Shown here one piece after another: positions 24,439 through 46,200 of a stretch of 64,000 nt of DNA. The translations under genes were made by a program, and so were the position numbers. A model generated the notes under the pieces. That model searched no databases. It had not been told where the DNA came from and saw nothing but the letters and a program-made list of their open reading frames with translations. Position 1 is the stretch's first letter. Each line of letters starts with the position of its first letter. The DNA is taken from assembly GCA_051362555.1 (NCBI GenBank), contig CM120646.1, forward strand, positions 10,602,001 through 10,666,000, read 5' to 3'. This DNA is from Lingula anatina. Lineage: Eukaryota; Animalia; Brachiopoda.

Positions 24439-26009
24439 ACTGTATGAATGTATTGACAGATGAACAGGGATGCAGATTGAAAATTGACCTGTGCTTCATC
24501 TTAGAAAAGAAAGGGCAGTAAAACTACCCACCAATAAGAATTGACTTCACATTGAGTATCACTTTGGTGTGGATGTGACTTCCTACTTGAGGTTCAATAT
24601 TAAGCAATTGCTACTGTACTGGATTCACATTTTCTTGTAATACAGATTTTAGAAGAACAATATGTTAATCCACGAATAACTGCTATTTAAATTACAACCC
24701 ACTTTTGCTGTGCCCACCAGAAAAAAAGATACTTCTTATTGTCTTCAGTGACAGGTTATTCAATTGTTGTAAATGTTTATGTATTGATTCTGCTGTGCAG
24801 ATTTATTGCTACTTTAAAGAAACAAAAATGCAATTTTGCTTCTGTAGGTCCTAATTAAAATAACACTGCTTTTTGTTGAAATGGAGGTCATCCCTTAAAA
24901 ATGACAGTCTGTTATCTCTGGATACTGAAGAAAAATATTACCGACTAGTTAGAAACAAAATGGACTAACAACATCATTAATTGGTTTTTGAAACACCAAG
25001 TATTTTTGGCAGCTGACTTGGTTAGATTAGTTGTGTACAGTTAAAGCATCCATGACACTGATATTTACTGTATTTGCTGTCTCTTTTACCCAATACATAG
25101 ACTGCAGTTATCACTTATGCTTTTGCAAAGTGTCACATAATTTGAAAAAAAAATATGTAATAAAGAGGTACAGGCCATGTGCCTTATATACAAGTTATTG
25201 TCAAGTAGTAACATGCTATACTATATGGTATTACAACCTGTCCAATTTGTTTAGGCTTTAATATAGGGGGTTTGTTCTTTAATAACCTCTTTTGATTTTT
25301 GTTATATTGCAGATATGTATTCCAAGAATAAGGGTTAGTTATTATTATTGTAGAGATTTCATATAATGGGATCTATATAAGTGAGTACATTTGTATCTGT
25401 TGTTGTATTTACATTTTATTTGTTTTCTCTTTTTCATTTCATGGTAAATGCACTGATGTATTAGATATTTGGCTATATTGCTGTATTCAGAAACATAGCT
25501 TTGAATGGATGCCTTTTACTGATATGGTACTAAGTGTTTCATTTATTAATAAGTTGCATTCAGAGACTTAAACTGATGTAATATTGCTACGATAAGTGTA
25601 AATCACGAATCTATATCAATTGGAATGATAATTCTCCATTCAGTTTTGCCTAGTTTTCTAAGGTCAGTTCAGATGTTTTTCATGTGGCCAGCAAGTTACT
25701 GCTGGTTTGTACGTGCATGGATCTTTTCAGGCAGTTGTTAAGAATAAGTAAGAATTAGAATTGTTTGCTTGTTTTACATTTGTTTGAAAGAAAAGTATTC
25801 CTCTTATCTTTTTTGTGGCACTACTAGGTTCTTATGTTAATTTCAAGTGGAGGAGTTATGAAAAAAATGTCACTGGCTTAACTTTCCTTTAACATTGAGG
25901 AACTTTGCAAAGAAGTTGAAATTGAGAGAGAGTATCGTCATGAATTGTTCTTTACAACATTTTCAAAGTGTAAATAAGGTGTTATTTGTATTGCTGATAA
26001 AATATTTTC

Positions 26010-26026
26010 AATAAAAAATTATTAAA
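26010..26026 (+). terminator. Likely polyadenylation signal of the CNC gene (about 1.6-kb 3'UTR)
   Basis: AATAAA 26010-26015 and ATTAAA at 26021, followed by a GT/T-rich tract; repeats begin shortly after. Confidence 0.55.
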
Positions 26027-26345
26027 ACTATTCGTATGTTTGTTTTTAAATATGATAGTAAATATGATTTACCTACAGCTGTACAATGTGGATGAAAAGT
26101 ACCTTATTGAAGGGAAAACAATGGAGGAAAGTAAACAGGTTTTTGCGAAAGTGTTAACCTTAAATTTCAGAGATGATATTGTATGTATAGGATTGGGAGA
26201 TTCTACTAATTGCAACCCCATGCCATAATGTTAAGAGGTTTCAATAATAATAATAATAATGCACACTTTACAATTTGTTCAAGGGGGCTTAGAGACCATT
26301 CGTACTAACTTTGGATCGAACTATCTCCGAGGGGATTCTCGCTTA

Positions 26346-27123
26346 GGCCCCTATTTCACACAGACCACGAATCCCACGAATCGCCAGGAATTGACAAATT
26401 TCAGGTTTCGTGAGATTTTGCCAATTTTCTGGTCTAATTCGACACGCTCACGATTCAGTTACGATACAGGTACGATAGTGTTATGAATATTCGTGGGATT
26501 CGGCTGGAATCGAGATTTTGCCAATTTTCTGGTCTAATTCGACACGCTCACGATTCAGTTACGATACAGGTACGATAGTGTTATGAATATTCGTGGGATT
26601 CGGCTGGAATCGTGAGATTTTGCCAATTTTCTGGTCTAATTCGACACGCTATACGATTCAGTTACGAAACAGGTGCGATAGTGTTACGAATATTCGTGGG
26701 ATTCGGCTGGAATCGCACGAACATTGTCCAGAAATTCACTACGATTTTTTGGAATCGGGAGTTCGTGGCCAGGACTTTGAACAGCTCAAACTTTTTGCCA
26801 CGAATTCCCGATTGATCAAGAATTGCAAGAACTAACTACGATTATATACGAAACTGTTAAGAACTTCACGACCTGATAACGATTCAACCACGAAACCTGA
26901 AATTTTCAATTCCTGGCGATTCGTGGGATTCGTGGTCTGTGTGAAATAGGGGCATCAAAGTTTTTACCACCAATTCCTGTTGGTCAAGAAGTGCAAGAAC
27001 TGACTACGAATATATACGAATCTGTTAAGAACTTCACGTACTGATTACGATTCAACCACGAATCGTGAAATTTGTAAATTCATGGCCATTCGTGGGATTC
27101 ATGGTCTATGTGAAATAGGGGCA
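26346..27123. mobile_element. PIF/Harbinger-type non-autonomous element with internal 100-bp tandem triplication and duplicated right end
   Basis: About 65-bp TIRs (ggcccctatttcacacagaccacgaatcc... at 26346; inverse copies ending at 26954 and 27123). TTA on both outer flanks (26343-45, 27124-26). Three 100-bp units at about 26412-26714. Confidence 0.8.
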
Positions 27124-27191
27124 TTAGGCGGCTTATAATTAGATGTCTGCCACGCCTGCTGAGGCCGATGAGGGTAATTAACTATCGTTTA

Positions 27192-27408
27192 AGCCCCCTT
27201 TACACTGGACGGCCATGAATTTTTTGTGCGGCCATGAAACTGGCATCGCTGTGGTCATAGTAAGGAGGCACAAGCATCGCTTTGGTTGCAGAATGAATGC
27301 TCAATGACTTGCCAGTTGTCGACAAGTAAAGCATTATTATTTTTTTAAATCTCAAACGGGGCCGTGCTAAGGGACGCGGAGAGGGCGCCGTCAAAAGTGA
27401 ACGGGGCT
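27192..27408. mobile_element. 217-bp Harbinger-type MITE
   Basis: Termini agccccctttacact / agtgaacggggct; TTA duplication at 27189-91 and 27409-11. Confidence 0.7.
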
Positions 27409-28465
27409 TTAACAGCTTTAGTGGGCGTCCCAGACATCTAAGCCGCTTGGGCTGAAAGCAATATATCGAGGGAACAACAGTGTACGCAGCTATAAATGCA
27501 TATTACAGACATGAGCTTTTTCCGCGGAATTCCGCGTCTTTTAATTCAATTTTAAGGCGGCCTCGGACCCCCGGCCAGTTAGGTTTTGGGTCCCATGATA
27601 AATAAGGCTTTTTTTTAATTCTAGGCTCATGTCTGCTATAAACCATACACCGTTAGATCCAATAATAAGGGGAAAGCTGAAGAAAGAGAGCACAAGGAAA
27701 TTGACAACATTGCATTGAAGTAGTATGGTTATGGGTTTTATTGTTGGCTTTGGTATACAATACAGTATTTTCAGGAAATGTCCATATAATCGTTGTTTTC
27801 TAAATTTGATGGTCCAGAATTGCTCTCTTGGAGCTAAAAAAAAACGAAATTTCACATACTAATTGAATATAATACTCATCGAACGTCTTTATAGAACTAA
27901 ATAATATTTAGAACGAAAGGTATTTTTTTTAAAAAACTTGTTCACTTTTTTGTGAGAGCCGCAGAAAACTTCTGTCAGGATAACAACGTTAGTGACCAGA
28001 ATTTTAGAAAGGAACCCTTCTTTCCTACAAATAACCAGATAACCAGCCCCCCCCCCCCTCTCCCCTTCGCCCATTCCTCTCTGACAAATATTTTCTTGGC
28101 CTACGACCCTGGAATCTAAGATAGAAATTTAGAAAAATCATTCCTTGATTTTAAATTACTTTCTAGACCAGGGCGCACCTGTAGGATTCGCCCGGGGGTT
28201 CAACTAGAGCAGTGCTTTTTAAAACTCTTTTTGACAGCTATCACACCCTATGATTTTATCGCAACTTAAATGTGTCTATCGGTATTTGGATTTAAAGGTA
28301 TGTGGATTTAGAGGTAAGTCGGTTTAACGGGGCATCGTTGCTACATGCCTGATGCCTGTTGAACAAGAAAGTACAGTAGATTTAAGTTTTGTTCTGCAAA
28401 GTCTTATTTAAAAAAATAGGACTTTACAAATAATATAAAAGGTAATAATATAAAAGGTAAAAAGA

Positions 28466-29340
28466 TTGGCCACGTAATCTTGTAAAGCAACCGTAGCCTA
28501 CAATGCTAAGGAAGTGTCGAACGTTAAAAAGTTTTACTTAAGCGGTGAGTCGAAATAAATTAAACGATTTTGGCACCTAAAAGTAATTTTGTTTAAGAGA
28601 TTTAAAAATCTATTTTCATAGGCTTTTGATCGAATATAATATATGTACAGGGCATCAAACTGACGCTCATTGTTCCAAGATTCACAGAGATGTATCATCG
28701 TTGCTAATTCTAGCACCATAAATGGCTGCCATCCTTTAAAATAAAAAATGTACAACTGGGGTTAGTTGGCCCTCTTGACTCGGGGCAAGTTGGACCCTCA
28801 TATTACCCACAAACCTTTGCGCGCAACAGAGATAGAGAAGCACAGCACACGAGCTAGAGACCATTGTTGAAACAAACTCATTGGTTTAAACTGAATTCGT
28901 TACTTTCTTTTAAAATGAGAATGTATTATTCGTTTTCATTCATTAAAAACTGCTTTATATCATTATTAATATATTCCTTATTAAAACAAAACAAATTTTA
29001 TTGATAGATATTTTAGTACTTGCAACACATACAACGTGACGTACGGAAACCTTAATAAATCTGCCTCATTTGAACTATTTATTCATCAAAGATTCTCAAA
29101 AATTAATTTAATAAATTAAAAATGTGTAAAAATATATTTCATGGCGTTTACATGGGATACTTACTTCATTTTCGTATAGGGTGCCAACTTGCCCCTGACG
29201 TCAACTGCGTTTTTTGCCATATTGTGAGATATCTGGCATTATATTTGAAAAATAATGACATTGCATACTTAGTTTAGTTCATGGGGCTTACTTTGAAACA
29301 GGTTTTGTTACTCTAACTCATTCCTAGTTGGCTCTTCAAG
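28466..29340 (-). mobile_element. Truncated, diverged copy of the DNA transposon at 55647-58207, without the Helentron insert
   Basis: Collinear inverted similarity to 57855-58125, 55880-56175 and 55690-55830. Confidence 0.75.
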
Positions 29341-30009
29341 CACTGCGCTGGGCCGGGCGAATTATTATTACGTAAATTACAACAGACATGTCTCATTTTG
29401 TTTGAGGAATTGCCTTTGGGATCATTTGGAAAGAGAGGCGAATCCATAGGCCCTATGGTCTTACAGATAACTGATCAAATCAAATTTATTTGTGAGCTAA
29501 TTGCACTATAGAATAGATCTCTAATTGGTTGTTTAGACCGAAATAGTTAGTTTGATACCTATTAACATTGTCATGTTTTAACATGGAATGCTTTGTCTCA
29601 CTCTGAACTTGGGCTAATCAATGGGCTGTATGCATAACTTAAGTATGTAAAGTTTTAGCTTCACTCAACTAAAGAAGTCGGGAAACATGAAATTGTTTTT
29701 CAATAATTGAAATGCTATGTAATGTAGTGGGGAAAATTCATTGTATACAAAAATGTAACGTATAGTGGGTGTATTGTCCGTCAATGGTTTAAAAATTTAT
29801 CTTAGCTCATTTGATTATTTTATAATTATAACAATGTTTCCGAACTTTTTTGGTCGAATGTACATTCTATTTAAGATCTTCAGTAGAAGGCACGTACGTT
29901 ACTGACACCAAGTAAAGCACATTCGATACCGCACTGACGTAAGTTGTATTTAAAAACCAACCCCAGCCAATTAATCGTCCTTGATCAAGTTTTCAGACAA
30001 AGAAGAAAG

Positions 30010-30325
30010 TCTTGCTTCATTACTTGTTGGCTTATGGCGGCCGCAGGCGTCATTTCATATGTCCCTTCCATACATCCTTGTCTGACATCGGAGTGGCCAG
30101 CTCCCTGACACCTGCTGCACCCATGTCCCTCTTCAGCATATCAACGCAGCTAGGTCTGGGACGTCATCTCCCGCGGTTCCCATGGCGCGGTTTCCTCAAT
30201 ACGAGCTTGTGCGTGCTCAACTCAGGGTGGCAGTGGCCTGCGAGCTGTGCAGTTTCTTTGGCACAGTCTTATCGCTGACTGCAGGTAGCTCACCATACAG
30301 CTGTTCGTTTGTCATGTGAGTTTTA
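30010..30325 (-). mobile_element. 3' fragment of an RTE/RTE-X clade LINE (degenerate ORF C-terminus)
   Basis: Minus-strand translation with frameshift and stop: HMTNEQLYGELPAVSDK...LAGHCHPEL..KLVL.KPRHGNRGR.RP...DMLKRDMG...EL...M.DKDVWK, typical of the RTE C-terminal region. GC-richer than flanks. Confidence 0.75.
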
Positions 30326-30819
30326 TTGAACGTAGAGGACTTTCCTAACCATACGTGTGTATTAGTATAAAATTGCGGGATTTGGAATTGTAATAAACAG
30401 TTGGACATGTGTTGAGAATACCCACGAAATATGACTACTTTAAAAAACAAGAACACATTTCCAGAGGTAACTACGATAGGTTTTGCTGCATGCAGTGTTT
30501 GTATAAAATAAAATTGATGAAACTAAAGCAGGAAAATTACAAGAAAGGTAATCCAATCCGACTGGCTTGTAAACTCAAGCTGTATTTAATCCGAGAATCA
30601 TTCTTTACAGTTTGTGGGGTTTTTTTATGGTGACAGAGCAAAATAATAATAATAATAATCAGTTTTGATTCCAGGTACTTTTAACCAAACAAAGCTCTCA
30701 TTAAATTTTAAGAAATACCATACATTTTGTTATTACACAACTTTTTCATACAAGTACTAACATAGCCCATTAACTACCATTCAGCAAAAACAAAATTAAT
30801 AATCAGATAATAAAATAAT

Positions 30820-30825
30820 TTTATT
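30820..30825 (-). terminator. Likely poly(A) signal of the HP1/CBX gene
   Basis: AATAAA on the minus strand about 770 nt after the stop codon. Confidence 0.5.
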
Positions 30826-31209
30826 GACTTCTCAAATTTTCAGACAGCTATTGGATCTAACTGCACCTGACATAAAATTGGTCTACAATATAACTGATAA
30901 ATATTTCTATACTATTATGTTAAAAAGACCATAAGATCTCAGACTGGAAATATAATCACTCAGCTCACAGAGAAAAAATATTCCTGGTACATTAGTTGTT
31001 GACATCATCAATTCCATACTTTGTATTTCCAAAGAAATCATGTTCACATCAAATTTTAAGAGACCAGAATTCAAGATAGACGTTGTATTCTAAAATCTGC
31101 AATACAGCAACCTTCTTACTTGGGTAAAAACAATAATTGCAGAACAGTATTGTTTTCCTTATCCAACATACTTACATGTCAATCTCAAAATAACATGGAG
31201 AATATTTTG

Positions 31210-31243
<34 letters not shown>

Positions 31244-31592
31244 ATTTGAGATACAACACAATCTAAACTTCAACCAGTATTTGTTCACAAGGTTCCAAGA
31301 GAAAGTCTTGCACATTTTCCAAATTTATCTGTACCATTTTGACAATCCCTTCACATGTATGACAAGGAAACAAGCAAATTACTAGGCATGTTATGAGTGA
31401 GCTGGTCACCTGGGATTTTTTCTATATTTCAAAAACTCCCCAGATCATGGAAGGTTGTTGAAAACCTTGTAAAATACAAAATTCAGTGATACTTCCATAG
31501 AAGGTTCCATAGTGCTTAAAAGGAAATGTTCAGTGTGCGACATAGTTTTTGCACAGTATTGTCTAGTCTTTTATTTTCCATTCAAGGGTGCA

Positions 31593-33902
<2,310 letters not shown>

Positions 33903-35045
33903 AGCTCTGGAAAAAAATAAACCATGATTGGACTAAACTGGAGAGTCCATGAGAGACAGAAAGTAAAGGTATTATTTCTAGTTTAGCATGACTAAATTCA
34001 TCTTTGATTTTAAAGGAAAAGTTTGCAGGGAATGTCTAGGCATAAATATTCAAAACTGAAGCATATATACTAGTATGTGCATCATCATTATATGAAGAAT
34101 TCAGGATGAGCTGCTTTGTATTCTGTAATTGAACATTGAAATAATTAACAGTGAAATGTGATTTAGGGGAAAAATTAGTTTTTACATATTACTGGTTTAG
34201 TTTAGAAATGAAATCCACCAGTTACTGGGCACATGCTAACAAACTAACGAGATGTCTTTATCTACAAATTCAACTTTGGGCTTTTGTACTAAGGACAATG
34301 TTTTTGAAAAGTACCACCCTGAAATTTTAATAACAATCAATCTTGTAAACAACCAATTTGGGCCATGTTACCATTTTAAGATAGAGGTCACTTGGTACAA
34401 GAATAGCAAGCTTACTAGGAGTATTTAATAAAATCAAAACACCAAATCGACTAAAAGTATATCTACTTTGATCTACTCGCTGTAGGTTCCTTTTCCATGT
34501 TTCTAAAACGAGAAGAAGGTTAGAAAAGTTAGCTAATCATAGCATGTGGTAAAGAGAAGCAGAAAAGACGCACAGTAAGGTATCAAATAGTGCTCCCACA
34601 AAACATGATTGGTGTGATTTTACATGAAATATTTAATTTTTGAACCGATTAATTTTGACATGTTAGTGCCACGAAAGCTACATTCTTTCTACTATGGTCA
34701 AACACCCTGATAAGTCGAGTTTGAATGTGATGTGGTTAGATCACTCAAGGAACCAACTAAAGCTAGGAGAGTTCAATGGGGATCATCCGAATAACTAAGG
34801 AATTATCAGCACTGCATAATATCATACAAAACTACAAAATTAATAAGAATCATAGCGAGATGTAGTTTTTTGGTGGTAAGGTTGAAACTTTGTGCATTGG
34901 GAACATCATCTTAGAAAGCAGTACAACAGTGACATGCAAAAGGTGGTGAATTAGAACTGTTCTGCGGTAGATTGTATGTAACCTAACAAAGGGCAAGGAT
35001 CCATGAATAACTGGCAGATTCTAGTTGTTGCTGCACTACACTCAC

Positions 35046-35084
35046 TTGTCTGCTGTTACTTTTGACCCCACTCTTATCCAAATC
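35046..35084 (-). other. Candidate 39-nt cassette 5'UTR exon of the HP1/CBX gene
   Basis: Minus strand reads atttcacag|gatttgg...cagacaa|gtgagt; contains no ATG. Confidence 0.35.
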
Positions 35085-36028
35085 CTGTGAAATCACACTT
35101 CAAATATTGATATTTGAGCAAACATTTTCTTTTTTCATTCTGAGCCATATATAATCCTTGGTTTTTGACACTCATTTAAATATCTGTACATTGGCACACA
35201 CAGCATTTATATATTATACTATTATATATTGCTATATCACTTGGGGGAACTTTTACAAACTGGAGGGACATATATAAAGGTCTAGTTTCCAAACAAAAAT
35301 TTGAAAGGGAAGTTGTAAAGCTTTTTTTTTTTTTTGACTGACCAAGTGATTAATTTGGCTTATCTTTTGGAATGCCAACTATGTATGAGTTGTATAAGAA
35401 ACTAGTAGAAGCGTTTTATGTGGGTTTCTGGGAATTTACACTAGCTTCACAGGTAACTTTTGATGAAGTCGTGAAATCATATGAACTAGATATCTCGAAT
35501 GATCCCCACTGACAGATTCTGAATTCCTGATATCAGAAACAGATAGGGTGGAAGGTAAATGGGATAGGGGTAAGTTCAAATTGATGATAAACTTTATATA
35601 TACCTTCCTTTCCAATATTATTGCTATTCAGATCAAACTATGAACCTGATCAAAGGCAGTGGCGCTCGTGAATAGAGAGCAAGTCTGTTCTAGTTTTTAA
35701 AATCCAGTACGTCCAATTTTGACTCCCAGTGACACGTTGCTCAATCTGTGCTCTGTAAATGTAAGGTGAAAACATGTCAAAAGCAGAAGAGCTGCTTAAT
35801 CTTATGTGCTTTCAAAATATGAAACTGACAACATTGCTGAAGACCACCTGCGCCAAAAGGCAACAATGGATCGTCAAGTTACAACTTGTACACATGTGCA
35901 TCACCATTTAACTCGTGAAAACGACTTTTCAAAAAAAGGAAAAAATCATTTAAATAACGCATATATTGTTCTTAGTTAATATAAACCTAAATGTTAAACT
36001 AGAACAATATATTAAACATGCAATGTAC

Positions 36029-36075
36029 CTGATTTCGGCGGTTCTTTCTTATTGCATACAGCATACAATGAAACA
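36029..36075 (-). other. Non-coding first exon of the HP1/CBX gene
   Basis: Minus-strand donor aaatcag|gtacat at 36029 and initiator-like TCATT at about 36070. The ATG exon has an acceptor only 4 nt upstream of its ATG, so an upstream exon is required. Confidence 0.55.
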
Positions 36076-36359
36076 CCCGCCAAAGTGGAACCCTTCGCGC
36101 TTGCGTGCACTGAGCATACGGGCACTTCACATGGTAATCTGTGCACTCGGGTCTTTCCGTAACAGTTTTATTTTAAAAAATGTAACAAATGTGGTCTAAC
36201 ATGTACCAAATTTCATTCACCACAAAAGACCATTTATTCTTAACAAGCTCAAGATTATTATAAGGGGATAATTACCATTATTATATTTTCATATATTACC
36301 CCGGAGATTACCGAGCCATTTGAGTCACGTGACATTTGTAAAAATCCAAAGCGTGCAAA
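36076..36359. promoter_or_regulatory. Bidirectional promoter shared by HP1/CBX and hnRNPA
   Basis: Divergent first exons lie within about 330 bp, with local CpG enrichment. Palindromic E-box GTCACGTGAC (36324-36333) overlaps TGAGTCA (36321-36327); YY1-like GCCATT; NRF-1-like GCGCTTGCG at about 36097. Confidence 0.65.
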
Positions 36360-42931
<6,572 letters not shown>

Positions 42932-42972
42932 GCCCTCAACTAGCTCTCTCTGACTGGTTTTGTTGGAAAGAG

Positions 42973-43346
42973 GTGAGTGGGGGCTCAGTGATACCTTCAA
43001 AGATTGGGAAGGACTTTTTATCTCATGGAAGATGGCATTTGTGTGAAAGGACTTCAGAACTTGCTAAGTTATTTAGATTTGAAATGAAAGTAAACTTCTC
43101 AGTTGACAATTGGCTAAATTAAGAGTAAGATTTCTTTTTATCCTGCAAATCTCTAGATATGGTAGATTTTCCAATCTCAAGATAGACTGAAGCATTTCTT
43201 TGAATAGTGACTTGTTGAGAGGAAGATTCAGAATTTTAAGACCAACTCTTGTATGTCATCAGATATTGCAGGTGTGAGTTTATGAGTAACTTTGCCCTTT
43301 GGGAATGTTTATTTAATGTACATGTTTTTATTACCTTGAATTTTAG
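42973..43346 (+). other. 3'UTR intron of hnRNPA, donor 41 nt after the stop codon
   Basis: AGAG|GTGAGT at 42972/3 and ttttag acceptor at 43346. Proximal AATAAA at 43780 and 43971. Confidence 0.65.
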
Positions 43347-44518
43347 GCAGCAAAGTGTAAATAACAAAGTAAACTCCTGGTTATGTCCAGCATTGTAGAC
43401 TTTTAAGAGAAGGAACTAAGTATAGAGAAACAGCAGGGTGGAAAAAAGTGACCCATTTTTAACCTCAGCGCAACTCATCAAAATAAGGAAGCTATTGATT
43501 ATCAGCAAGGGTTGTAGATAATGACCCAAACCCTAGAGACAACATAAGTTCCCACAGAGAAGGCAAGATAGCACACTTCAAGAGATTACAATAGCTACTA
43601 CCAGATCCCAGATTGATTTGGAAAAGTATTCTCATCGGGACCATATTATAAGATGTGTACATAGAATAAGCAGTGAAAGCTAACTTGTGGTGTAAAGGTT
43701 TGTTGAACTGCCCTGCCTGGTTGTTTGCAAAAGAGGAGACAATATGAATAGAAATAGGATTATTTTGGTAATTTTTTAAAATAAACTGATAAGTAGATGT
43801 GACACTGCCCTATCATAAAATGATGCCGCAGAAAAAGTTTCAAAAACAATTCTCTTGCACCTGTGAATTTTAATCATAGTGACTGAACGTGGGTTCAATT
43901 TTAAAATCCGTTTTGTGAATTTACTTTTTACTTGTTTCACTATTGTGGACTCCTGATTGTATAAGAAAAAAATAAATAAATGTGTAAATATGTAAAAAAA
44001 AAAAAAAAAGCCTGTGTTAGTTAGGTCCGTAGTTTGTTGTCTTTGAAAGTTTTGTGTATGCTGTAACTTGTTGGGCAAATTGCTTGTTCTCTTTATTCTT
44101 CCTCTTTCTGGGGGATGTGCAGGTTGAAAAAAGATGCAGCTGAGATTGGAATTGCTTTAGTCTGCCAAAATTTAGAAGTTGCAAAATTAAGATAGACAAC
44201 TTTTAAATTGGAAAAGAGAATCACTTGGAACATTACAGTCTTAATCTCACTTTTGAGTCATTTTGAAGTTATTTAAATATATTTATTGGTTGTTGAACAG
44301 TCTCTTTTATATTAAAAGTAGATGTGCTCAAAACATGAAAAGATCAGAGAAGAGAGGCCTTATGGAGAACTGCACAACCTTTCAACTGTCTGTCTTTACC
44401 TGTTTTATGTTTAGATGATATGAGGTGGAAGGTGTGTATTACCTGCAGTTTCAGGGGGCAGGAAGATTAATTTTTTATTATTTTTTAATTTTTTTTTCTG
44501 GGTTTAACATTAATTGGG

Positions 44519-44577
<59 letters not shown>

Positions 44578-45018
44578 ATAAGTCAACTAATTTTTGTCTC
44601 CCATGAAGCAGCAGTTTATATAACTGATGGTTTTTGCCATTGAAGAAATGGGGTCACTTTTCATGGTACCTTTACAAAGCAAAGAGAATGAGCGAGTATT
44701 AATTACTTGTATTGCACAAACTCAAATCTTGTGATAAAAATCAAAAGTTACATAGTGAATTGTATTGCTTGGAATACCAGTTGAAATTTAAGTAGCAAAG
44801 TGAAGTCAGCAGAGGCTAGCTAGCATGGTTCGATGACAGCTTAGCCAGTTAGCCTTGTGTATACATGATGAAGAAGGCAGCCAGGTAGACAGTTATGTAC
44901 ATGTTGAAGATGCAAGTTAGCCATATAGATGATGAAGAACAGGCCAGTTAGCCAGCTATCAGCTCTCCTCAGCATTACTGAAGATGTTAGTGGTTAGCAT
45001 CGATGGACGCCATTGAGG

Positions 45019-45445
45019 GTAAGATGAGGGAGAAATATGTAGTGGTACAGTAGTCAATGAGGGGAGAGCTTTGTAAGATGAATATCAAGTATGAAACCCT
45101 GCTAGTATGATGATTGTGGGTCACTGTAAGTAGTGTGGAAGAATAAAAAAATGTTTATCCAATTATAATATTTCAAGATATTTTGAGATGTAGAATAGAT
45201 ATCTAGTAGTAAAACTTTCTTTTAGTAGCTAGATATCCAGTTCCAATTTCTCCTCCATATTAGTTTTCATTGCTGACCAAAACTACTTTCTACGTATTTT
45301 CTAGCTAAGTCTCACAAATTAAAATCCAGTTTTAGTGGTAACCAAAATATCACATAAATGATCAGTTTTACAGTGGCTTCACTTCCAGCTTTAAAAAAAT
45401 TGAATCATTTTACTAATTAAAAATGTGTTTGAAATTTATTTTCAG
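45019..45445 (+). other. Candidate distal 3'UTR intron of hnRNPA
   Basis: GAGG|GTAAGA donor, TACTAAT branch site at 45411, tttattttcag acceptor; ATTAAA at 45529 and 45688 downstream. Confidence 0.5.
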
Positions 45446-46200
45446 ACTTTTATGTTCACAAATTGTTCTTTTGGGTACTCTTCAGCTTGGACGCTTGTAG
45501 GATGAAATGGAAATGTGTTGCAGAAAATATTAAATTGTTTATAAATATTTAAGTTTTTAGATCACAGCAACAACAAAAGAAATTGTCTTTTAACCTTTTT
45601 CACCATTTTTTGCTGAAATGTAATTCATTAGGCTGTCAAAATGTGTACCACTTAGATCAAAACTAAAAGAAAACTATTGAAAATTTTATTAAAACATTCA
45701 TAAGTTGACTTGAAATTTATTCCATTTTTTTCTCTTACATTTTTGATGTAGATTTTCAAAATTTCTCGCAAGTGCAAATGATGATAAATTGTCATTGATG
45801 AGACTTTCCAAATGAACTAGAATTAGCATGGCTGAAGTTTAAATATACATAATTTGTACACCATTTAATTTAGGGACCAAAATGTCTCACTAATGTGGAC
45901 AGTGGTAAACTAGTGCACATTTTTTCTGAACATTAGGTACTGGTAGCACTGAGGAAAAGAATGTTCCAACCACAAGCCAGCTCCAATATGGCTGGAGGGA
46001 ACGTGCAAGGCAGAAGCAGATGGGTTAGTACCACCATTTTGATAGAACTGATGTGCAGTTATATCATTGTGTATGTGCGATGTGTAAGTTAACTGTTTGG
46101 TTATATGTGGAAAAGATCGAACTTGTTAACAGGAATGAGCTCTTGCTTGTTATAGGCTTAATCTTTTTACTTATTGAACTAAATTAAAGTTATACCTTGA

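Larger units (their letters stand above)
26290..27450. mobile_element. Host MITE (same family as 2794-3040) interrupted by two nested MITEs
   Basis: gaccattc...tttggatcgaactatctcc...ttagatgtctg...gggtaatt aligns with the intron-1 MITE once the inserts are removed. Inverted gcggctt..ttagatgtctg / cagacatctaagccgc closes it near 27450. Confidence 0.55.

Noticed and set aside
23554-24499. Antisense and alternative-frame ORFs over the bZIP exon
   Set aside because: Shadows of the real CNC coding exon.
26412-26714. Regularly spaced repeats as a CRISPR-like array
   Set aside because: Head-to-tail 100-bp tandem units with no unique spacers, inside a eukaryotic MITE; no cas genes.
44865-44981. Two ATGATGA and a CTGA as a C/D snoRNA
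   Set aside because: No terminal stem or rRNA guide; better explained as part of the GAAGA/TTAG quasi-repeat.
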